Below, piece by piece: positions 27,719 through 35,740 of a stretch of DNA of 64,000 nt. Positions within the stretch are counted from its first letter, which is position 1, and the number at the start of each line of letters is the position of its first letter. The position numbers and the translations under genes are program-made. The stretch spans positions 117,486 through 181,485 of the forward strand of contig JBDREQ010000063.1 of assembly GCA_043819555.1 (NCBI GenBank), written 5' to 3'. The notes under the pieces are model-generated. The model made no database searches and was not told the DNA's origin. It saw nothing but the letters and a program-made list of their open reading frames with translations. The DNA is from Candidatus Zixiibacteriota bacterium. GTDB lineage: Bacteria; Zixibacteria; MSB-5A5; GN15; JAAZOE01.

Positions 27719-28774
27719 TCAAAAATCGGGAGTCAAAACCGATCGTTTCAAAAGTTTATGCTCCAACGTTTTCTTGAATATATCATTAATTTGCGAAAGC
27801 GGGAAGGTGTCGGTAAACGGTTTCAGTTTCAGTTTACCATCGGCGACCAATTTAATGACGTCATTGTATAGTTCCGGCTTGCATCCCCACGTTCCGATAA
27901 TCTGGGCATCAAACGCCATCAAATTACTCAATCGTACTTCCAGTTTATCAAGCGTAAAACCAACGACCGATAGAACTCCGGCAATACCCAGCAGACCAAA
28001 ACCGAGTTCTTGACCCGGTTTGGTTCCCGATGTCTCGAATATTTTCCAGCCGTGGGGCGGTGCGCCCATTTCTTTGCAGGCCGCTTTGACAGCTCCTTTG
28101 ATTGCCTTGAAGTCCATGTCTTTGATATTCAAGGTTGACGTTATGCTTATGTCCCCCAACTGGTCGAGTTTTTTCTGGTCGATATCAAGCGCGAGGACGT
28201 TGGCTCCCACGATATTGGCAAGTTGGGCGGCATATATGCCAATTCCGCCAACTCCGATTACGATAGCGAAATCACCGGCCTTAAGGCCGCTTTTGACAAT
28301 AACCTGATATGGCGTCGAAACCGCATCGGCAATAACCGATAATTCAGCAAGAGAATGTTCCGCTAATGCCGCGTCGGGAACCTCTGCCAAAAATCGCGAT
28401 GGCACTGTGATATGGCTGGCGAATCCGCCGTGAAAATCGTTTCCGGGCATCAACTGATTGCGGCAAATATTGCCTCGCCCGGCTTTACACAGGTCGCATT
28501 CTCCACAAGGGAGTACGGCTGGGATGATGACCGGTTTTCCTTTTAGTTCAGCTGGACCGTCTATTACAATGCCGCTGATTTCGTGTCCCAGAACAAGGGG
28601 CAGTTGCTTTTTTGTTGGAACACCGTAATGCCAAAAGCTCAAATCAGTATGGCAGACTCCGCAGCCGGCGATTTCGACCATGGCATCATCGGCTTTCACT
28701 TCGGGCGGATCAAATTCAACAAGCTCAAACGGCTGATCTTTGGCAACCATCTGATAGGCTCGAATTTTATCCAT
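27719..28774 (-). CDS. had: 6-hydroxycyclohex-1-ene-1-carbonyl-CoA dehydrogenase (Had/BzdX)
   Basis: Zn-ADH CGVCHTD, GHE, CGECDLC; family-typical MPGNDFHGGFASH and LSNLMAFD...WGC. Confidence 0.93.
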   Translation of the reverse strand: MDKIRAYQMVAKDQPFELVEFDPPEVKADDAMVEIAGCGVCHTDLSFWHYGVPTKKQLPLVLGHEISGIVIDGPAELKGKPVIIPAVLPCGECDLCKAGRGNICRNQLMPGNDFHGGFASHITVPSRFLAEVPDAALAEHSLAELSVIADAVSTPYQVIVKSGLKAGDFAIVIGVGGIGIYAAQLANIVGANVLALDIDQKKLDQLGDISITSTLNIKDMDFKAIKGAVKAACKEMGAPPHGWKIFETSGTKPGQELGFGLLGIAGVLSVVGFTLDKLEVRLSNLMAFDAQIIGTWGCKPELYNDVIKLVADGKLKLKPFTDTFPLSQINDIFKKTLEHKLLKRSVLTPDF

Positions 28775-28826
28775 AAAATTCCTCCTTACATTTATTTTTG
28801 TTTATCATAAAATTCCAATTTATAAA

Positions 28827-29774
28827 TCAATGTCCGATATCCGGCAATTCCATCAAATGCACCTGCGCCGTTATGGTTTTGTTAACCGGAGTTGAAATAC
28901 CATGCTTGAGACCATACTCGACTATTTTTCCATTCAGATAATCAACTTCGGTTGGCGCTCCGGCATCGATATCGACCCACATTGACGGCCGGTGATGGCC
29001 GGCCTTTTTTAGATATCCGATACAAAAATCAGCAAAGTCTTCTCTGAATTTGATGTTTTCTTTTGCGGCCACGGCCACCCCTTCATCTATTATACCCCGG
29101 ACGATCTCAACCGATAAATCAAAATCCATAACCTGCTTCATGGTTTTGCCGGTGATGGCGCACATCGCGCTGAGAGATGAGTTTAGAATAACTTTTTCCC
29201 AGACATAGAACAATATGTCTTCAGGAATTTCAGTTTTTAAATTAGCGGAATTCAAAAGATTAGTAACAGTCTTGACCATCTCTTCAGATTTCGGCGACAA
29301 TGCAGCGACATAGTTCGGCGGATTGAAAAAAGTAACATTGACGAGATCATTATTCTCGACGCCTCCGGCATAATTGACTACCATCCGCATTGCTTTCTCA
29401 GGGCCAAATACTCGAACCGCTTCTGCTTCAGCATCAAGGCCATTCTGTGCGCACAGGACATACAATTTATCCGACGCGATTCGCGATAGCTGCGCCATTA
29501 CTTTTTCGTTAGCAGTAGTCTTGACAGATACAACAGCCAGATCGAGATCATGCGTTTTTAGTTTATCAATAGAGGTACAAATATCAGAAACATCGGTTTT
29601 GAATTCAATTGTATTCGACAGTCTGATACCCGAATTCTCAATATTTTCCATTCGTTCAGGTATTATATCGCAGGCAACAACATATACTCCAGCTTTGGCA
29701 AAATGAGCCGCCAATACTGATCCGACAGGCCCCATACCAATCACGGCGACTCGTAGATTTTTATTTTCAGCCAT
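28827..29774 (-). CDS. panE: Ketopantoate reductase (PanE/ApbA) family 2-oxoacid reductase
   Basis: GMGPVG, VK, QNGL, WEKVILN, PSMWVD, TEVDYLNG. Confidence 0.85.
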   Translation of the reverse strand: MAENKNLRVAVIGMGPVGSVLAAHFAKAGVYVVACDIIPERMENIENSGIRLSNTIEFKTDVSDICTSIDKLKTHDLDLAVVSVKTTANEKVMAQLSRIASDKLYVLCAQNGLDAEAEAVRVFGPEKAMRMVVNYAGGVENNDLVNVTFFNPPNYVAALSPKSEEMVKTVTNLLNSANLKTEIPEDILFYVWEKVILNSSLSAMCAITGKTMKQVMDFDLSVEIVRGIIDEGVAVAAKENIKFREDFADFCIGYLKKAGHHRPSMWVDIDAGAPTEVDYLNGKIVEYGLKHGISTPVNKTITAQVHLMELPDIGH

Positions 29775-29789
29775 ATATTTATCCCCCGA

Positions 29790-31202
29790 TTATGTTCCCA
29801 GTTTGATTTTTCTATTATCAAATAAAGGTACCGCAAAAAACGTCAAAAGGCTTATTATCCAGCAAAAATAAATTGGATGCACCAGGCCAAAACTCTTGAA
29901 AAATGCCGGTATCTGCGGGACTAATAGCCATATTACCAGCGCCGCCATGGCCATCAGCAATGTCCAGGTCGCATGTGAGCGGCGGCAGATGCCGGGCCAG
30001 AATAAGGTCATCAAGGTTACCAGCGTATAAGCCGTCGTCAGGGTTAAACCGATAAGCAAAGTTTTCAATATTCCTGAAACGGATACGGCCAGTATATATG
30101 TGAATACGCTTAATACCAAAATAGATAAGCGCGAGTAAACCCGTTCTTTTTGTTCAGACAAATTAGGCGAGAAAAAGCGTTTGATTATATCACCGACAAC
30201 CAGCGTGGCGCTGCCCAACAACAAAGCCGACGCGGTCGATACATCGGCTGCCCACAGCCCGGCCAGGATTATTCCGGCGACAAATGGGCTTAAACTCAAG
30301 ACCATGCGGGGCAAGGCTTCGGTAGGAATAATACCGGGATGCTGAATAGCCGCGGCGATGCCGATTATGGCGCTTACAAACCCAACCGGAAAAATTATAA
30401 AGGCTCCCAGAATGAATCCATTACGCGCGGCTCTGGAATTTTTGGCGGCGAAACTTATCTGGACGATTGATTGCACGGAAAAAGTCGTCGTACACATAAC
30501 GACGAACCAGGCAATGATGAGTCCCCATCCCAACGCACCCAGATCAAAGCCGGGATGTTCGACCGGGAGTTTGGAAATTATCTCTCCGAACCCGCCAACT
30601 TTATCAACCGCCATGACAGCGCCCAAAATAACTCCAGCGTAGATGAAAATCACGTTGATGATGTTAGTCAAACCTGCCGCCCAGAAACCTCCTATTAATG
30701 TAATACCGACGAACACCACCGCCGTAACCAGCATGCCTGATTGAAAAGTGAAAACTTCCGGTAATAGAGATGACAGTATCGCTCCGCCTGCGACATATTG
30801 AAGTGATGTGATGACTATCTGAAGTGTCAATTGACCAACAACGCCGATAACTCGCCCGGATGTATTATAATATTTTTCAAATAACTCAGGCAGGGTGGCT
30901 ACTTCCAGCTTGCGATATCTCTGTGCGGCGAACAGTCCGACTAATAAGGCACCGGCGGCCCAGGCGGCATTATACCAACCGGCTGAAATGCCGGAATTGT
31001 AAGCCCGCTCGGCGACCCCGATAGTGGAAGCTCCACCAATCGCAAGTCCGGTCAGCAGCGGCGCAATTACCCAGGCCGGCAAGCGGCGTCCGGCCAAAAG
31101 ATAACCTACCATTCCTCCCCGGCTGAGATGACGCGACATCCAAGTGATAACATAGAGTAGAATGATATAAATACATACGATTATGAGCGGAATCCAATTC
31201 AT
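29790..31202 (-). CDS. Sodium:solute symporter (SSS) family transporter
   Basis: About 13 TM helices, YLLAGRRLP, IGGASTIGVAE, TLPELFEKYY, AADVSTAS. Confidence 0.9.
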   Translation of the reverse strand: MNWIPLIIVCIYIILLYVITWMSRHLSRGGMVGYLLAGRRLPAWVIAPLLTGLAIGGASTIGVAERAYNSGISAGWYNAAWAAGALLVGLFAAQRYRKLEVATLPELFEKYYNTSGRVIGVVGQLTLQIVITSLQYVAGGAILSSLLPEVFTFQSGMLVTAVVFVGITLIGGFWAAGLTNIINVIFIYAGVILGAVMAVDKVGGFGEIISKLPVEHPGFDLGALGWGLIIAWFVVMCTTTFSVQSIVQISFAAKNSRAARNGFILGAFIIFPVGFVSAIIGIAAAIQHPGIIPTEALPRMVLSLSPFVAGIILAGLWAADVSTASALLLGSATLVVGDIIKRFFSPNLSEQKERVYSRLSILVLSVFTYILAVSVSGILKTLLIGLTLTTAYTLVTLMTLFWPGICRRSHATWTLLMAMAALVIWLLVPQIPAFFKSFGLVHPIYFCWIISLLTFFAVPLFDNRKIKLGT

Positions 31203-31266
31203 AGCCCAATCATCCCTGCATGATTAGCGATAAGCCATTACCTCCCCAAATAAAACTCTTACGCCT

Positions 31267-33345
31267 CTATATTTTCAAACGCGCATCAACTACCTCAACA
31301 CCATAGCCAGCCTCAAACGCGAAGACCGGATTCAAATCCATTTCTTTGATTTCCGGGAAATCGGATGTAAGCTGGGAAATCCTAAGAAGCGTTTCGGCCA
31401 GCTTATCGATATCGACCGCCTTTTCGCCTCTGAAGCCTTCTAATATCCGATAGCCCTTGATTGAAGAAATCATATTATTGGTATCCTGCTCAGAAAGCGG
31501 AGCGAGGCGGATCTGAACGTCTTTCAAAACCTCAACAAAAACGCCGCCGAGACCAAACATAATCGTCGCGCCCAAGCCTTCGTTTGCCTGAGCTCCGATG
31601 ATAATTTCCTTGCCTTCCTTGCGGAATTCCTGCACGACAAATGAAGGCTTGAACTTGCCGAATTTCTTTGACATTTCATCGAATGCCGATATCAATGCCG
31701 CTTCGTCTTTGAGATTGAGATATACTCCGCCCTCGTCAGATTTATGAACAATTTCCTCAGCATCAACTTTGAGTACCAATGGATAGTGCATCTTCGCGGC
31801 CTGTTTGACAAGCTCGTCCTTTGTTTGCACCTTAATAGTCTTGACTGTAGGAATCCCATAACTTTTCAACAATGCGAAAACATCGGCCTGCGGGAGGAAT
31901 TTATCCTGCCCTCGATATTTATCAATAATATCCTTAGCGGTTTTTTTATCGAAGTCGTAAGTTCTGTATTTGGGTTCTTCTCGCCGGATAATCCGGCCGT
32001 ATTTTATCATTGCGTTCAGCGCTTTTGAAGCCGATTCCGGGAAATCATAGACCGGGATCCCGCTCTCGCGAATCAGCCTGACAACTTCGCCGAATTTCTC
32101 CTCGATTGTCAGGATTATGCAGACGATTGGTTTGCTTGCCGTTTTACCAATCTCTGCCAGTTTATGCGCGACCGCTTCACAATCAACAAACGGTGGTGTG
32201 ACAAAATTGAGAATTAGCGAATCGATATTAGGATCTTTCAAGAGCGCATCAACTGTCCCGCCATACTCTTTGGCCCCAGCTGTCGCGATAACATCGACCG
32301 GATTGGATACGATGGCTTCAGAAAATAAAAGCTCACCAAGCGTTTTGGATGTTTCCGGGCTGAGTTTAGCCAGTTTGAGGCCGGATTTTATGCATTCATC
32401 AACGGCAATGATGGCCGGGCCGCCGGTATTGGTGACGATTACGATATTTTCAGATTTTGGAATCGGCTGAGTGGACAGCGCGATGGCCGCTTCAATCATT
32501 TCCTGTTGATTATCAAAGCGCATCACGCCTGCTTTTTCAAAGATGGCATCAGCCAGAGTATCCTGCTCGATAAGCGAACCGGTATGAGATGCCACAGCGG
32601 CGACGCCTTCGGTGGTACGTCCGGTTTTGACAGTCAATATCGGAGTGTTTTTGGTTACACGGTTGGCAACTTCGAGAAATCCGGCCGGGTCTTTAATAGT
32701 CTCAATGTGAGTCATGATGACTTTGGTGCCTTCATCCTGACCATAATAATCAATGATTTCATTCATGCTGACATCAGCCTCGTTGCCAAAGCTGGCATAC
32801 ATCCGCGTACCGATTCCGATATTATAAAGCTGTAGTTTCAGAGTTTCGCCAACCCCGCCGCTTTGCGCTACGATAGAGATATTTCCCGCTATTTGAGGCA
32901 CAAAAGTGAAGTTAGCATACACGGAAACATCGGGATCGGAATTTTGTATGCCCTGCGAGTTAGGGCCATAGATTCGCATGCCATATTTATGAGCAACTTC
33001 GACTATCTTCTTTTCAAGCTCAAATCCTTCTTTACCGACTTCCTTGAATCCGGCTGTATGGACAATTGCGTATTTAATGCCCTTTCTGCCGCAATCTTCC
33101 AAAACGACCGGTACCAAAGTGTTTTTGATCGATATATTGACTAGATCGATTTCATCGGGTACATCCATAACCGATGCGTAGGTCTTAAAACTTTTAATAT
33201 GTTTCGATTTGGGATTGATAGGGTAGATAGGGCCCTTAAAGTTATGGTCAACCAGATTTTGTATAACGATATGGCCAATACTTAAAGGATTATTTGAAGC
33301 TCCAATAATTGCCACTGACCTGGGCTTGAACAAACCGTCAAGCAT
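31267..33345 (-). CDS. ADP-forming acyl-CoA synthetase (ACD, fused alpha-beta)
   Basis: PRSVAIIGAS, YPINP, GPN, QSG, ASHTGSL (phospho-His), TNTGG, NPVD, ATP-grasp HKSDEGGV, DLNP; no GNAT domain. Confidence 0.9.
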   Translation of the reverse strand: MLDGLFKPRSVAIIGASNNPLSIGHIVIQNLVDHNFKGPIYPINPKSKHIKSFKTYASVMDVPDEIDLVNISIKNTLVPVVLEDCGRKGIKYAIVHTAGFKEVGKEGFELEKKIVEVAHKYGMRIYGPNSQGIQNSDPDVSVYANFTFVPQIAGNISIVAQSGGVGETLKLQLYNIGIGTRMYASFGNEADVSMNEIIDYYGQDEGTKVIMTHIETIKDPAGFLEVANRVTKNTPILTVKTGRTTEGVAAVASHTGSLIEQDTLADAIFEKAGVMRFDNQQEMIEAAIALSTQPIPKSENIVIVTNTGGPAIIAVDECIKSGLKLAKLSPETSKTLGELLFSEAIVSNPVDVIATAGAKEYGGTVDALLKDPNIDSLILNFVTPPFVDCEAVAHKLAEIGKTASKPIVCIILTIEEKFGEVVRLIRESGIPVYDFPESASKALNAMIKYGRIIRREEPKYRTYDFDKKTAKDIIDKYRGQDKFLPQADVFALLKSYGIPTVKTIKVQTKDELVKQAAKMHYPLVLKVDAEEIVHKSDEGGVYLNLKDEAALISAFDEMSKKFGKFKPSFVVQEFRKEGKEIIIGAQANEGLGATIMFGLGGVFVEVLKDVQIRLAPLSEQDTNNMISSIKGYRILEGFRGEKAVDIDKLAETLLRISQLTSDFPEIKEMDLNPVFAFEAGYGVEVVDARLKI

Positions 33346-34123
33346 CGAGACCTCCTTTGCCGTTTATAGAATAAAGAGCCGCTCCAAAAGCTCCTGTTAA
33401 CTGAGGATGAGGGGGAACATGAACTTTTTGCCCGATTCTTTCCTCGAACATTTTTACCAGATAGGGATTATGGGCGATAACGCCCCCGCTCATCACGATA
33501 TTCCCGTCCATAGTATCCATTTCCAAAACTCTTTTTATAACTGAAATAAAAATGCCCTTAACGATATCCGCGACCGCAACTCCTTCTCGAATGCGCGCCA
33601 AAATTTCCGTTCCGGTAAAGACAGTGCAATAACTGCCAATGGGAACAGTATTTTCCGCTCTTTCAGCCAATTCGTTTAATTGTCCCAGAGGAATTCTCAG
33701 GCGGTTGGCGATTTCTTCCAAAAACGCGCCTGTGCCGGCGGCGCATTTGCGATTCATTTTGAAATTTGTACGTTTTCCGCTATCATCGATTTTTATAGTT
33801 TTGCTATCCTGTCCGCCGATGTCAATCAAAGTCTGGGTAAAGGGGAAATAATGATAACTACCCGCTGCATGACAACTGATTTCGGTCATGGTTCCCCTCG
33901 CGAATGGGATATTGTTGCGTCCATATCCGGTAGCGGTAACGATTACACCATCGGGATTTTTACATTGGCACATATCACAGGCGGCGCCAAAAGCCTGTTT
34001 GCCGGCTTTTTCAAAATCGGCCCCCGAATCGACAACAGCATTTCCGATGATTTCACGGTTATCATCAATAATGACAGCCTTGGTTGTTGAGGCCCCGATA
34101 TCAATTCCTGCGTAATAATCCAT
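33338..34123 (-). CDS. ATP-dependent CoA-substrate-specific enzyme activase (HgdC/HadI/FldI-like)
   Basis: GIDIGASTTK, ATGYGR, EISCH, DIGGQDSK, MNRKCAAGTG, CTVF. Confidence 0.92.
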   Translation of the reverse strand: MDYYAGIDIGASTTKAVIIDDNREIIGNAVVDSGADFEKAGKQAFGAACDMCQCKNPDGVIVTATGYGRNNIPFARGTMTEISCHAAGSYHYFPFTQTLIDIGGQDSKTIKIDDSGKRTNFKMNRKCAAGTGAFLEEIANRLRIPLGQLNELAERAENTVPIGSYCTVFTGTEILARIREGVAVADIVKGIFISVIKRVLEMDTMDGNIVMSGGVIAHNPYLVKMFEERIGQKVHVPPHPQLTGAFGAALYSINGKGGLDA

Positions 34124-34157
34124 AAAATATCGATTTATCTATAATGCATCGCGAAAT

Positions 34158-35402
34158 TTATCTTGAATCCAATTGTTCGATAAAGGCTTCAATATTGGTT
34201 TTCGCCTGTTCTTCCGAATAACATCGCAAATCGTTGAGATCGCCATTGATTGTCAGCGTCGGTATGCTCAGTTTCTTCGTCAACCGTTCGGGCATGCCGT
34301 AACGGCAGTTGGAATTATTAGGGCAAGTTTTGGAATCATGAAATACGATTCCATCAAGTTTAAATCTATCCACAATATCTTCGATATATTTTTCCTTGAA
34401 ATCCTCATCACGAACGATAAATATCTCAGTGTAGGCGCGAGCCATGCTCAAGAATGGGTCTTTAGGATCAAAGGCATTGAATATCCAACTATTGCAATAG
34501 GTCGATGCGATAACGGCCGTATTAAAACTGATAAAAAATTCGGACAGGTCGCGGAGCTTGCCCCAGATCGGCATACCTTCCCAGTAAAGTCTAAATTTTT
34601 CATCTTCGACCGCGCCGGTATTATTTGCGACTCGTTCTTCCAGTTCTTTAAGAAGCAGCTCGTAATACTCGTTGGCAGTATTTGATCCCCGCAGTACAAC
34701 CGCCGGACCCATGTGAATAGTGGCGTCGAAGAAACTCATCGGTGCGGGCGAGGCAGTATTAGTTTCCAAAACTTTTTTCCACAATTCACTGCATTTTTTG
34801 GAACGAGCCATGACTTCCCTAAATTTATCGATATCAAATCTATTGCCAGAAATTTTCTCGAGTGTCGGGATCAGTTCTTTTATCTGATGAACGATGCCGG
34901 ATAAAACGCCGTCGGATACGTCTCCGATATTCCGAAAAGTGGAAATTCCGATTATGGGAGCGTTAAACTCTCTCGCGTACCACGATAACCAATCCTGAAC
35001 ATCGCGGCATTGATTGGTGTTAAATACTAAAACATCCGGTTTGGGAACCCCTTCGATGCCTTTGTAAGCCATAGATAACGGCGTTTGTTTTTTCAAATAG
35101 GAACCGATATCGCTGGTCAGGTATGAGCAGATATCCGGAGAATAACCAATCGCGTTTGCGGCGGGGATTAAATTGGGCGCCATTCTCGTCGCCCCCAGCA
35201 TGGCGCCATGATTTTCGGGATAATAGACTTTGAATCCCATGCTCAATAAAAGCTCGGCCGGGCCAACGCTGGTGCACCAGGCGACTTTTTGAGAATCATC
35301 CTGAGCGGCGGCATCCAGTTCATAAAAATAATCCGCCATTATTTTTTTCAACTGTCCGGTAGCGGCGATTTTTTTTATGCCAGTTTTTTTCTCTTCGCCC
35401 AT
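34158..35402 (-). CDS. 2-hydroxyacyl-CoA dehydratase family subunit (HGD-D domain)
   Basis: VAWCTS..PAELL, YPENHGA, DICSY, NQCRDV..W, RLYWEGMPIW, DGIVFH..TC, INGDLND, IEAFIEQL. Confidence 0.88.
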   Translation of the reverse strand: MGEEKKTGIKKIAATGQLKKIMADYFYELDAAAQDDSQKVAWCTSVGPAELLLSMGFKVYYPENHGAMLGATRMAPNLIPAANAIGYSPDICSYLTSDIGSYLKKQTPLSMAYKGIEGVPKPDVLVFNTNQCRDVQDWLSWYAREFNAPIIGISTFRNIGDVSDGVLSGIVHQIKELIPTLEKISGNRFDIDKFREVMARSKKCSELWKKVLETNTASPAPMSFFDATIHMGPAVVLRGSNTANEYYELLLKELEERVANNTGAVEDEKFRLYWEGMPIWGKLRDLSEFFISFNTAVIASTYCNSWIFNAFDPKDPFLSMARAYTEIFIVRDEDFKEKYIEDIVDRFKLDGIVFHDSKTCPNNSNCRYGMPERLTKKLSIPTLTINGDLNDLRCYSEEQAKTNIEAFIEQLDSR

Positions 35403-35478
35403 TATTTACTCCCGATTATTTTCGTTATGATTGGGTATTCCAAAATTTCTTCCCACCCAGATAGTACAGTATAAGCTT

Positions 35479-35508
35479 TAAATAACTAAATTTACGGCCA
35501 ATATTCAA
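35479..35508 (-). promoter_or_regulatory. Putative internal promoter sharing a 14-bp motif with the kor promoter
   Basis: TTGAATATTGGCCG (35508-35495) is identical to 23181-23168. Confidence 0.45.
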
Positions 35509-35521
35509 GAGGCTCGGCCAA

Positions 35522-35740
35522 TTAATTTTTCTTCCGCGTAAAAATCATTACGGTTTTGTCGTTTTTATCCTCAAAACATACGTTACAGCCGCCGCAATCA
35601 AGATCGCGAACCGCTACGGTTTTGATTTCGAATCCCAGCATCTCATAATTCTCAAGCGCTTCTGCAAGCCTTGGACCCGATGCTGTAAATTGAGGATTCC
35701 AGCCGTCCGCTTTCAATTTTTCAATAGATATGTTATCCAT
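35522..35740 (-). CDS. Small hypothetical protein with CxxCxxC motif
   Basis: 72 aa, start overlaps the bzdV stop (TGATG); GW..QF.ASGPRL.E...YE.LGFE and CGGCNVC. Confidence 0.75.
   Translation of the reverse strand: MDNISIEKLKADGWNPQFTASGPRLAEALENYEMLGFEIKTVAVRDLDCGGCNVCFEDKNDKTVMIFTRKKN

Noticed and set aside
31267..33345. Protein lysine acetyltransferase (Pat) call for the ACD-like gene
   Set aside because: No GNAT domain, and the catalytic His is retained.
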